From the human T2T-CHM13v2.0 reference genome, Homo sapiens, in assembly GCF_009914755.1 (NCBI RefSeq), contig NC_060926.1: 64,000 bases of DNA. One strand, given 5' to 3'. Every line of letters starts with the position of its first letter. Position 1 is the first letter of the stretch. Made by a program: the position numbers and the translations under genes. This document shows, piece by piece, positions 18,243 through 31,050 of this stretch. The notes under the pieces are model-generated. The model was not told where the DNA came from. It saw only the letters and a list, made by a program, of their open reading frames with translations, and did not search any database.

Positions 18243-21200
18243 TCCTTTAAGTGTACGTTGTGTGCTTAGTGACTACATGACAGAAAATGTAAACAGACAC
18301 CACAAATACAGGTATTCAGTACATATATGTGTGTGTATGTTTGTATTTGAAATATTTGGTATAAAGAAGTACAAAAAATTACAGCACACAAAACTGTCCA
18401 TTAAAACACACACATGCACACATGAATGCCTGCCTGCCTCTAAGAACAAGAATGAGAAAACAACAAACAGAACAAACAAAAACAAGCAATTTGTCACACA
18501 AAATCACAAAGCTCATTCAAATAATTTACCCAAAGCAAAACGAAGTAGATCAAGTAACTGATATCAGTGTGTGCCCACCGATGAATAGATTATATTCTTA
18601 TTAGCCATCCCCTTCACCCTTCATGGTGACACATCAAATTGTGACTTACTAATAGGCATTCGGAAATAGCTGGTGAGCCCAGCACAAGCCCTGTATTAAT
18701 AATTCATCAGGTGCAAAAAACATGATGGTGAAGTACTTGAATATTTGAAAGCCCATGTGCATTTTTGGTTCAAACACCACCACCACCAATGACAATCAAC
18801 TCAGTTTCTAATTCTATTATTAGTAGATTGCTCATTTTAATTGATTTCAGGAGAAATGTTATTCTTTTGACAGCTTATTTAATATTATTATAGCATACCC
18901 CGATTATTGAGTTCAGCAATTTTTCTCATATTTCAGAAAAAGGTATCATTTGATGTTTTGCAAAGTGCCTATTTTGAGGGCTCAGTTACATATTTATACC
19001 TGTAAAAGCCTCCGGTTCCCTTTTCCCATCCTGTACATTTCCTCCTCCCAAACAGAGGTACAGATGTAAGAAAATTTGGAATGCTAAATGCAGAACAACA
19101 AAAATAAAAAACTCAGGAATTAAAACTCCAAATTGAACCACTCTCTTCCACAAAAGTCACAGAATCTGTTTTGCTGCCAATACATCGTTTTGGACTTTGA
19201 AATATAAGGTAAAGTTCAACTATTTTCTTTTATTTTTGTATTAATTTTCTCATCTCTAACTTAGTAGATTCAAGTGTAACAGTTTCTGTAAAACTGAATC
19301 ATAGCAAGAAATGTAGTATTCAAGTTTCTTGAAATATTCTCAGGATGTCAGATTCATTTAATAGCAAAATTATATCAATTTAAAAAGCAATGGAAATGCA
19401 AGAGGAAGATTATATATACACACACACTCACACACACACATTTCTGCATGTGTGAAGAAAAGTTTTCATTTCTATGTAATTTTTTGTTACCAAACCAGAA
19501 TGGTAGACTCTGCTATTAATTTTGCATTGTCAAATAATTTGTCTCAAGCAAGACTTCTCAAAGTTCTGGAATAACCAACATATCTGGCCATCTGCATGAC
19601 TTTAAGTCTATGCTCTATCAGATCTCCACATGGACATAATATACAGCAACAAATACTTCTTCCCTGAAAGCCTAGTTTCAAGGGATAATTTATATGTATC
19701 CACACAAAAATAATAAAATACTCTCTCAACTCTTTTCATGCTTCAAAAAATTAAGAAAAGAGTAAGCAAAAGTAGTAAAGGAGAAAGTACGTGAAAAGGA
19801 ATCTATAGCTAGACATCTTTAGAAACGGTATATTACTTTACATTTTAGACATGTTTTATGTTAGCAGATGCTTAATTTCTAGAAGGATTATTAGGTATAT
19901 GAGAAATCCAGCTTTATAAAGAAATCCTAATGACAACAAAATGTTGCTGTAAAATGATTATCTTGTGTTCCCCCGAAAATATTATTTTATTTTGCTTTTT
20001 CAGAAAATATAGACCTGGCATCTGGTTAGGTAACTATTCAAAACTAAACAATTCCACATGGGGTCTATCTTACTGCTAATGCCCACATTAATTCAAAGTC
20101 TAGTTTCTTATTTAGGTTGAATCTTTGTCATTACCTCATTACTTAATCTAACAATAGCAATGGGCCACAGGGACCACCCCCCCCCCCCACAAAAAGAGAC
20201 ATCTTTCAATTTTCATTTAAAACAACAGAATATATTACAAGTTAAAATTCACAGGGAAACTTCAGTGTAGAAGGGGGAACAGCATGCATCTGGCCCTGCG
20301 AGCTGTTTTTTTTTTTTTTTTTCCTCAAAGGTTATCGGCAATCACTGCTTTCAAAGCCGTTTTCACTGCATTTCAGATGCCAGAATATACTTCATACAGT
20401 ATTAATAAAGGGTTGCACCAGAATTAATGAAAAGTTTCCATGTTCACATATAATAAAGAAGTACCTAATTAAAGGCATGGTTAAGCCAGAAGTACAGATA
20501 TTGTCTTTTATATTAATATCTATTATATTTTAGCATTTACTGTGAGCCTCTTCAACTGACTGATGCCTGAAGGGAGAACTAAGAAATCGCTCAGCTGGTG
20601 GCTGGCACTGGTCTTGAAGAAAGCTAGTAAGGAACACTTTGCAGCCTTTCAGAGTTTCTCCACCAGCTGTCACCAGCTATGGGTGCTGAAAAGACCCTGT
20701 CACTTCATCCAAAGGGATTTACTTGGTCAGAAGGAAAATTTAAATACAAAGCATGCAGCTAAGAAGCCAGAGAAAAGGATTATGAGCGTACAAGCGCACA
20801 TGTGTATACGACACTAATACATCTTTAGGAAATTTCAGATCCCCAAGGCCAGGATTACTGCCAGGGGCAGGGTGGTGGACCTATGCAGGGACATTTACCA
20901 CTAGTGTTATTATCTTCCAACTATTCAATGCAACTTTATAGGTCTTTCCCTGAGGCCATTAAAGAAGAAGAAACAGAAAAGAAAAACTGCCATCCCCTCA
21001 ATGGAGAGCAATAATTCAGGTTTTCTTATTGTTGGGAATCACCTGCATGCAAAATACTCTGTTGCCTTGTGTACTTGGTCTAATTTTCTTGCCCTTGTCC
21101 AAATTTACCAATGGGATGCATCTGATTAAGGATGGTAAAAGCAAATCAAAGTATGAGAACTTTTAGGCTCACTACTCTGCACACCAGGAGACTGAGAAGC

Positions 21201-22476
21201 TCATCCAAAACAAGACAGCAGGTCACTGAAATGGCCACAGCGAGGATGCTTGGGGAGGAGGTGGTGGTGAAAAGCCAGCCCTCTTTGCAGGATAGTCAAG
21301 GGCAAGGTTAAAAGTCCCTACGGAGAGTGAGGAAGTGGCAGGAAGAAGCCTACGGAATTGAGGATGCAAAAAAAGAAAAGCTAAAGGTAAAGGTCATTTT
21401 ATCCAAAGAAGAAGAAAAGAAACACGGTTCAAATGTGGGCACCCAACATTAAAAGTGCGTATTTCCTTGTGCCAAGTGGCAAGGCAGTTGCATCCAATTC
21501 ATGATAGCAGCAGGTGGCTTGGACAAAGCCTACCCCTCAGAGGAAATTTATACAGCCTCTGGAGCATATTGTTAGCTCCAGGAACGCAGGAAAGGGAGCA
21601 TTACATAGCCAGCCAGCTGTGTAATTGCCACCAAGGCAGAATCTTGGCACAGGGGAGTGGAGGTTCTCACCCAAGGTGTGTTTTACATACTTTAGCCTCG
21701 TTTGGCCTCAAGATGAGGCCAAATAATTGTTAAGGGTATTAGTTTCAGAGGAGAAGACAACCTTGCAGCAGCGACAGAAGTGATAGAATATTGTACACAA
21801 GAGAGGAATTCACAGATGGCAAGAAAATTCCCACTCTCAACGATACAGACTGAGAAAAGAGAAGACCTGAGGTAAAGCTGCTTTGTGCAGATTTTAGGAG
21901 AAATATGTCAGAAGCTATCATTAGAAGCATTGGTAAAAAGGAGCAAGCTGTCTGGAAGTGCAGTACAAGTTGAAGAGTCTGCCTTTAGATGTCACTACAA
22001 CCTCACTACTGCATTTCCAAAATTCCCATGAAGAATCAGAATAGTTTGACTCCAGCCCATGTACACTGTACACAGTTCCAGGAGATACTGCATAAGGGTC
22101 TTTAAATTTCTTCACAGAGGCTATCATACAGCGGTCCCAGCAAAGCTGATTAGGGAAGCAGCTTGACTCTGCTATAGCCTTTCTGCCACCTCCAAGCTGT
22201 TCCCACAGTCACCTTATTCACTGCGGAGGCAGGCCCCCTAGCAAGACTGGAATACAACAAATGCAGATGAGATGAGCCCTCCCCCACTTAAACCGGATGG
22301 CAATACTAAGGAACAGCTTAATGTGCACCCACAGTGATTGATACTTCCTCTCTTTCTCTGAGGGGTTGCATTCTAATACACTCGTCTAAAACTAACATTT
22401 CTTATGTAGAAATATGGCTTTGCTTTGTTTTTGCTTTTATCCTAGAGGATATCTATCTGAGGATATTTTACCTATC

Positions 22477-22517
22477 AGATAGATAGGTAGATGATTGATA
22501 GGTAGGTAGGTAGATAC

Positions 22518-22558
<41 letters not shown>

Positions 22559-22564
22559 CAGACA
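22477..22564. repeat. Compound (GATA)n/(GGTA)n tetranucleotide STR
   Basis: Directly visible tetranucleotide runs. Confidence 0.95.
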
Positions 22565-24099
22565 TATATCCATACTGCACATTTAAGGAATAATAGCATA
22601 ACACTTCCAGATTCCTACAAATCCAAAAGGGTCATTTTCTTTTAAACAAATTCACAACAGATTCTTAGGAAAAAAAATAAGCCAGCAGAAATTGAACCGC
22701 ATCATCTCAGACTTCTTTTGCCTACTTAAAAGAGGTATTTCTGTGGCAATGTGACATTTGTGCTTGAATTATTTTTTCCACAGGAAGGCATTGCAAATGC
22801 TCATAATTTAAGAGCCATGTATCCAAGGAAGTCCAACTAACTATTAGACAAAAAACTCACTCTGATAACTGGCATCCAATCTAAAATCTGGGAAAAACTT
22901 AGACAAATCAAATATCCAGTGAAAACATTACCAAATGCTGCACGACGCAACTGCCTATACATTTCTAATCAGTATTCATTTCCTGTCCTTAAAATAAACA
23001 GAAAACAGATTTCTCCATTTTCCCTAAAATCAATCTTTTGCAGTATCTGTCAGTTGCTTTCACCCAATTAGTATTCTACATTCATTTATTTTCTTTGTAA
23101 GTTAATTTTTTTTTAACATACCTTGGCATGGGTGTTTCATTCAATACTTGTAAATGAAATGACAGAAAAACACTGTGTTCCTTTAGGCCCTCAAACTTGT
23201 AACTTTGTTAATGAATTGAGATGAATCAAAGATACCTTATTAATTATTGCTTGCCTGGTAGGTTAAGCTTTGGCTTTTCACCTCACTGGCCCAGAGAACA
23301 AGATTGCCTTTGGCCATGTCCGAGGGGCTCATTAAGGCATCTCTGGGGAATGAGAAGAAATTGTTAGTGAAAAGCAATGGTCAGTTTCTCTCCCAGAGAC
23401 CCAGCAGGGAAAGGAAGCCCTCATCAAGGAGAACTAACAAGACTGTGTGTACTACACCTGTAATCAAACTGGCCTGAAAATGCCTGGAGACCACTGTGCT
23501 GTCTTTGCGATTTGGGAAGTTATCTGAAAATGCTGAATCCAATCCATAATTGGTATGTGCACGCAATTATAATCCTCCAGATAGCTCAAAAATGTTGCAG
23601 TTACAAGCCTCAAGGAGTGGTAAACTTTAACATGCATGGCATAAACTAAGATATTTGATATAATAGAAGAGAAAACTATTCTGGCAGCAGAAAAGTAATT
23701 GAATATATGCCTGTTTTTTCTTAATGAGCATAATTATATACAGTTTTTTGACAGCTAGTGGACTACAGTACAGCCAATATTATAGAACATATATTTCAAG
23801 TCATTTATATTGTACACATTTCTATATGTCCGTAATTTCTATTCTGCATGAAGTGGAGAGATCTCTCCTAAGTGAGGTGAATCATGGCATTCATTGGAAA
23901 CAGAGACATGTGTTGCTGCAAGTTTGGAAGGATTAGGGATTGGGAATTCTAGCAATGGAGTCATAATTACCAGCTACTTCATTCACTCACTCATTGTATT
24001 AAAAATATTTGTAAAACTTTCAAAATGGCATGTCCCCCAAGATGGTTCTGTAATGAGGCTGCAGAGTCCATGGGTTGATGTGTTGGGTGCACCAACGGA

Positions 24100-24155
24100 G
24101 GTCAGTCAACAACGTTTATTGATTGCTCACTGTGGGCTGAATGCTAGGCTAGGCC
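24100..24155 (-). mobile_element. L2 3'-end remnant
   Basis: tcagtcaacaacgtttattgattgctcactgtg...tgctaggc. Confidence 0.5.
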
Positions 24156-25231
24156 AACCTGCTTGTGCAGCACGAAGTGGTATTGGATGTCAATGAAAAG
24201 GAAGCCCTGAAATGTCACCAGTCCTTTTTGCTAAGACTGTCACTCTACTGAATATCTTTCTGAACACATCAGATCAAATACATTGGAAAAGAGAGGACAT
24301 GGCTCCCTATGCATATTCCCATGTATATAAATTTTTCGTAAAGCAAAGTCTCCAAAACTTGTTTCTCAAGGTCAGTGAAGAATAGTACTGTCAATGGTGA
24401 TAATGCTGAGAAACATGGTGTCTAGCTGCAAGGCAGGCCTAGAAAAGTTTCTGGTTTACTCAGACCAGACTGGGCTTCTTGATTTTCAAACATTCCTTGT
24501 CATTATAATGGGAGAAAAATAAAGCATGGTTATAGATTAAAAACATAGGAACAAGATTTTCTCATTATTAAAGTATATTCCTAAATATTTACACATTTGG
24601 TTAAATTAAAATTTTATGTATTTATCTTGGAAGTTGAGTTCAAAATGAAAGCAAAATCCTTGAATTTAAATTAGTGAGAGTTCTAAAACAATCCCATTAG
24701 CCAATAAATGTCAAGGTTTTTTTTTTTTTCTATAACTTCTCTCCTTAAATACTGCTTATGATTTGAAATTGATACCTAACTTCATTAGCCTAAGGAAAAA
24801 GCATGCCAAGCAAAGTTTGAATGGATTCAATAAGTTGTATTAATAAAACATGTAGATCTACAGATTATTTTTAAAAATCTAAGTTTGGAACTTGTGATGT
24901 TTCACAAGGTACTCAAACAATCTGGCAAATTAATTGTGTTATTTTTTCTAAAAAATCAAGTATGCAATCTGAGCCTACAGACAAATTGTAATAGTAAGAA
25001 GTAAAATCTATTCAAGTTTTCAATTCAAATATGTGGATCTTCTCAAGCCATCAGTCTGACGAGCCTAACAAAATAATAATGAAAAACTTAATATAAGATT
25101 TGGAAGTATTGAGATAGGACCTACTACATATAAAATAAAAATGGGAAATACATATGCTTGAGGTAACTTCTGGTCAATACACAATTCTTATGAAATGAAA
25201 TTCGTACAACTTTTTAGAAATTTGCTTATAC

Positions 25232-25482
25232 CAGTGATCCTCAGGGTTTATTATTTGTTTTTTTATGACCCCTAAAGAGCCTTTGTAGATATTTTATTTC
25301 TAATTGTTTCCCTCCCCATGAAATCGTATTAGTTCAGATATATTGTGTATCCGTTGATGTGCTGTAGTCCTTTAGAGAGCCATAAAAGGTTATAATAGCT
25401 AAGATTTTTTTTCAGCTCCCCCCACCCCCAAGAATCAATTTCACCCCCTTGGGGGCGATATTGTCCCTGCTGAGAATACATG
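25232..25482. mobile_element. Non-autonomous hAT-Charlie-like DNA transposon
   Basis: Degenerate TIRs cagtgatcctcag / ctgagaatacatg, MER20-like subterminal gggggcgatattgtccc, and a weak 8-bp TSD (gcttatac / gcattcac). Confidence 0.55.
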
Positions 25483-25739
25483 GCATTCACTAATTCTAAT
25501 TTCCAGACAGGGGATGGATATGTTTGCTGTAATAATCTCATCCTTTTTTTTCTCTTATCAATATATCGTTGCTAAATGATAAGCAGGGAAACTTCGTAAA
25601 CTGTCGTTGCAGATCTTAGAAGGGAAAGTGGCATGAAGAAATGAGAGAAATCAATTTGGGGGATCGTGTGGCAGATGTAGGTTCATTCTATAAGTGCGTC
25701 CAAGAGCAGAGTCTTAAATCAGCACCTCTAATTTGAGAT

Positions 25740-26190
25740 ACGGCACATACATTGTAGCAACAGTGCATGTCTGCAGCGCAAATAAACAAACACCCACCCC
25801 CGCCATCCTGGCTGGTCTCTTGACCTGCAAGGCTGCTTTCCAGCCTGTGGGCCCCATTCGGAAGCCAAGCAGGTGAGGAGCAGCGAGAGCGCTTTTGATG
25901 TTGCCAGCTCCCTTTGCCACCCAACTTTTTTCCCCTCCAAAACCTCTTAGCAAACTTCAAAGGCCTCCTTGCTTCTTGCCTTAATCCAGTGCACTGAGAC
26001 CTCCAGTTCAAAGAACTTTCCTTAAACCCTCTTCTTAAACGGCAACCCAAACTTTTTTTCTTTCCTTTCCACAAAGTAGCAATTACAGCTCCGTTGCGTG
26101 GCGATTGGGCTCGGCCGATCCGCTCCTGCTATTAATTAATCTCACAAAGGGGGCTCATTTCCTGGCATTCAAATTGACAAGAGACCAGAG
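25740..26190. promoter_or_regulatory. Candidate enhancer or weak promoter in unique sequence
   Basis: Six CpGs in 26092-26122, inverted CCAAT at 26104-26108, FOX-like ATAAACAAACA, two ACAAAG SOX-like sites and ATTAATTAAT at 26131-26140. Confidence 0.45.
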
Positions 26191-26223
26191 AACAGAAAAC
26201 CCTTTCAAGCAGTTTCAGCTCAC

Positions 26224-26515
26224 CGAGGGGAAGAGGTATCAGAGGAGAGAACCCCACAGTATTTGAGGCGGAGGGCACATTTGATACTCCCTGTACATTC
26301 TGCTGATTGAATGATTTTTGTTCACGGAGAGCTCTTTACTAATCTTTTACCTGCAAAGACTTAAACAGAAGGCAATGCAGCAGAAATGTAGCTAAATTTT
26401 TGACAGAGGAGATTTACAGGAGCCACTTCCCGATCTCAGCCTACCGAATGCATCTTCTTGAATATCACACTTCACTTTAAACAGAAAGTGTTCACTTTAC
26501 TCACACAGAAAAGCC
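26224..26515 (-). other. Candidate exon pair: 11-nt microexon (26515-26505) and 127-nt exon (26350-26224)
   Basis: 58-nt AG-free pyrimidine tract, AAG|11 nt|GTGAGT, 154-nt intron ending tctttgCAG, then 127 nt|GTGAGC. Confidence 0.4.
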
Positions 26516-29022
26516 CTTGGAAGAGGAGGAGATGAAGAGAGGCAAGAAAGCAGCATAACAGACAAGAGATTAAAGCTTTTTATTCAGTATCTCTTTCGTA
26601 TTCAAATTGTGCTAAGGGCTCTGTGAAAGTTAGAAGCGAGCTTGTTCAGGAGGGCTTCTAAAGTGTGTACATGGATTTCATGGGAATAGAAAAAAAGCCA
26701 CAGCCTGGGTAATGAAAGAAAGATAAGATGTCCTACATAAAACAACTCAAGAGTGGTTCAATTACTTCAGCAAACCATCAAGGCAAGCTTTGAAGATTTG
26801 AGAAAACACTGTTAAAATTTAACAAAAAACTCATGTTGCAGGTTTTGTACCAATAAATGTTTGTATACTCTGTGAATTGCTTAAGTTATATTCCCCCTGC
26901 GTGAATATTGTTTACGTCTTTGGTTTGGGGGTGGATGGGACCAATGCATTTTGACGACACCAGCTATAGAAAAGGAAAGTCCTTTATCAAAGTAAAAAGA
27001 AAACAAAAATACTCAGAATTATTTAGAGTCAGAGATTCAAAAAACCAGGTGTCTTTGATTAAATGAAAATATGCTGGTGAATCAGAGGTCCCTCAATGCA
27101 GTTTTAGTTAACATTGAGTGGCTGGGTTTTAACACAGATTTCATGCATACAATGAAACGAAGTCTTTACTAGAGAAAAGGGCTTTTTTACCTGCCTTCAT
27201 CTGTGAGGTTGAAAATACTTGTGTTAAACGAAAGCAAAAAAGCTTCTTCTTGTGTGTGGAACAAGATAAGAAGGAGCCTTAAATGTTGTTTACAGAGGAA
27301 GCGAAACAGTTATGGTCTTCAAAATTCTTCAAACCTATGTCACATTTAACAGGGTATTGCCATTCGTTTTGCGATGTGGATGTGTCCTCTAAGACATCTC
27401 TTTTTTTGTTAGCATGGGCAGTTGTCTTATTTGATATTCAATCCCACCATGATCTTATCTGTATCGTGATATCGAATCAACTGGGGACTTTTTTAGGGTT
27501 TCTTTCTGTTTCTTTTTCTGGTGGCTTCTTTGTGCCTACATTGACTGTTCTTCATAGCTCCAATCAGAAATGCAATAAAACTTCAGCTGATGGAAAATTC
27601 TTGGAGAGAATGTTCAAAAAGCATCTTAAATAATTTTAAACAGTGTGTACTTTAGTGTTTCTTAAAGTTTGGTCCAAAATGTATTAAAAAATAAGCTCAA
27701 ACAGTGATCTCATATGCAGTTCAAAAATTAATATGGAAATTTTCATTTTTTTAATCAAAGGCTCTCTTAAAAGGTAATTAAAATTTTCTCAAATCATCTA
27801 TCAAATGTTATGTTTTCAATTATGGTAGGGGAGGGATTGTGACTCCAGTCAAATGCAACACATCTTGTGTAACTAAAGTCAATATTATAGAACCAAATTC
27901 ATTGTGCAAGCCTGTGAAATGTAGAACGAATTTAAGTTTTACGTTTTACACAATTGCAATTAATTTTTTAACATTTTTTCTAAAGTCTGTATGACCCAGA
28001 GTCTGTATACATAAGCTACATTTAGTTTTATGTCTTTAACTGGAAAAAAAAAATGCCATCCTCAAAAGTAGAGCCACATGACCAACTGTTAACTTACAAA
28101 ATAAAGATAGCAAATTTAATTTAAAAAAAGGAAAACAGTAGCTTTATGATAAAGATACCCTTGTGTAATTGGAAACCTTGGAAACCAGGAAGTCTCTGTG
28201 GCCCTTGACCCCAGCTGAGTCCAGCACAGTATTGAAGAGTCACCGGAGCGGGAACAGGTGGTAGTCTGCAGGTGGCAGGGGGCACACAGGTCCTGCACAC
28301 TGATCTTGGGGCTTCTTAACTCTGAGTTTAGACCGTTAATTCACTACTGCAATTGTGTGAGTGTCTCCCTTGGCCAAAACCTTGGCCTTCCCAAGTGAGC
28401 AGAGCATGAGAGGTTCTGAAGACAGATGCAAAGGATGCTGGAGGCAGGAGCAGCAGGCAGAAACAATTAGCACCTCATGTTATTAGGGCCAGTTTCTGTA
28501 GTCACACACTTTACAGAGGCCTGTCTCCAAAGCCCTGGAAGTGTGTGTCTGTGTTTGGGTAGGGGAGGTGTAGAAAGAGGAGAGACAGATCAGGAAACAG
28601 AGACAGAGAGGTAGTAAGGAAAGACACTGAGATCATAAAAGAGAGAGCGGAAACAGAAAAAAGGTAAGCTTTTACTCTCTGCATTTTCATTCATTTGCTT
28701 AGACTTGGTCTCCTCTCTGAGACAAGAACCCCATATCATTCTCTTTGTCAGCATCCACATGAACATTAACCGGTGTTCTTAAGAAGCATAGAAGATTTGT
28801 CAAAAAAATAAAAATAAAAAAAAGCGGCCCTCAACAGAGCACAATACTCACAGGGTTTAAACATATACTTTTTGATGATGATTATTATATACGAAAAATA
28901 TTTTGGAAAAATAATCAGATGCAGAGCAGGTTTTTGTTCCTATAATTGCCATATGGTTGAAAACGCAATGAGTTTTAAATATGAAACTTTCCTGGCAACT
29001 CTAATCACTATCAACAACCTAC

Positions 29023-29160
29023 CCACAAAGGTGCATTATTATGAATACATGCTGTGAAATGTATCCACAACAGTCAGGCCTGAATACGACAGTCTGTTGT
29101 TCACCAGTTCCATAATCAATATTAAATGCTGTATGATCAAATCGACTGCAATACTCAGTG
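29023..29160 (-). other. Candidate 138-nt exon with one open frame
   Basis: Acceptor tcctctctgTAG, donor TGG|GTAGGT, phase 2-2 frame with no stop. Confidence 0.3.
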
Positions 29161-29590
29161 CTACAGAGAGGACTAAATTGAAAGAAATGACTGGGCTGTA
29201 ATCCAGGGCTGCAGTAGCCATAGAAGATAATAATCAAAAAGTAACTTGAGAAGATAGGGTAATATATTTTCCCACTGCGAAATCAAGCTGTAATTAGATT
29301 GTACAGTGAATTAAGGAATTCACAGAATCTTTTGTGCAACAATAAAATAAAATCAATTTTAAATATTACTTATCAAAGGCCCATCTTTAAGCTTATGCAT
29401 TTAGGGAAAAAGCCTAGGCTTGGAGAAAATGAATAATAATTCTCCTAGACCCAGCAACTCTGGACGTTGAATTCTAAAAAGAAGTTACCCCCTTGCTAAG
29501 AAGCATAACCACATATTCCTTTTTCTTGCTTAATTTTGTGCAAAACTCTCACTGTCTGTCTCTTTTGCTGTCTCTATATCCCTTGCACTT

Positions 29591-29603
29591 TCTCTCTCTC
29601 ACA

Positions 29604-29634
<31 letters not shown>

Positions 29635-29641
29635 TACACAC
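29591..29641. repeat. (CT)n(CA)n microsatellite
   Basis: Directly visible dinucleotide runs. Confidence 0.95.
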
Positions 29642-30789
29642 TATCATCTGAGAAAGAAACTGCAGTACAGGTATTCTGCCAATTAGAGTATTTCACTATT
29701 CCTCTTGTTTAGACTTAAATGTACTTAAATCTGTCCACATATTATTGAAAGAACCTAAAAAGCAGGTAATGTTTAATGTTTAAACCTGCAGGGCATTTCC
29801 CTACAAATATGGAAGGATTTAGGCTTGAGAGGCTGCTATCATCTTACTGAATAAGTAAGTGATATCTTGAGTTCATTTTAAAAAGAGATATGTAACTTCA
29901 TTGTTTGTGAGAAGTCTATTTTAAGAGCTAAATTGATACTCGACTCTGCCCATCAAATCTTTAGAATGTGAAATACCTATTTTTCCGAAGTAAGAATATA
30001 TGTTGAAATCAATAATTACAAAATTGAGTAGACATTCTCATTATTGTTAGATTAGCATGGGTGTATTATAGAGAGGATAAACATTAAAAGGGAGACTACA
30101 GTAGGAATTTTTTTCTTAAAAACAAAAATAATTAAATCTTATTCCTTTCTTCAATAAGCAACTATCTAAACCATTAATTGCACAAAACTCTTCTGTGTAG
30201 GTATTAAGGCAATCTTTATGCTTTTGAATGGGAAGTAAAGAAGAGTACTAAAGCATCCTAAGATACCATTAGATCTTTATATTACAGAGACACAATCTTG
30301 CTCTTTTTTAGTAAAGGCTTAGTTTTTAAAAGACAAAATAATAATAATCAAGTTTGTTTAAAAAAATCACTCTGAAGTATTTCTAATTTATTTAGCACTT
30401 ACAAATGGATTAAAAGGGAAACTAAGTCCTTTATTTACAATTGTTAAAAGAATGTAATAGATTCTCTGGCAAGTGTCTTGAAATTCTTATCCTTAATTTA
30501 TTGACGAATCTTGATTCAGCTTGATTGTGTTCTTATAAGCTTGGAATGAATTTAATTTTTATTGGGAAACATTGTTGCAAGGTCTCTAAAACACATGCCA
30601 GTGTATCCCCTAATATGAAAGGACACTGGTCCTTTCTACTATTAACCTCAGGATAAAGCTGGAAGTGCAAATTTTTCACTGAAACACAGTAACAATGTAA
30701 AAACAACCAGGAAATTTCACTTAAATCTGAGCAAACACTTATGACCAAAAGTACTGGAAGCCCCTCTCACCGCCACTTCCAGAATGGAA

Positions 30790-31050
30790 TCATCATGTAG
30801 TCAGGGTCTTCATTCTCTTCACAACAGACTTTCCAGAACATAGAAGAATGCCTGGACTTAGCAAATGCTCATTAACTACTTGATGCATAAAATATAAGGG
30901 GTATTTCTACCCATACACATAGATTTCTCTGATTCAGTAATGTGACATTAGTAAAGTGAGGCTAACATGTTATATTTTTATCCCCTTCCCCGGTAGATTC
31001 ACTAGACAGGGTGGCTTAAGTCATTTCTTCAAGGAGATACCAACTTAGGA
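30790..31050. mobile_element. L2 3'-end remnant (+) and probable MIR remnant (-)
   Basis: agaatgcctggacttagcaaatgctcattaactacttgatg (L2) and ggcttaagtcatttcttcaagg (MIR core). Confidence 0.45.

Noticed and set aside
18920-18950. Plus-strand 6-nt microexon (tttcag|AAAAAG|gtatca), and a similar pair near 59029
   Set aside because: Donors are weak; expected by chance in AT-rich DNA.
25688-26074. 128-aa minus-strand ORF and overlapping ORFs
   Set aside because: Non-ATG start, no recognisable domain, and several frames open because of locally higher GC.
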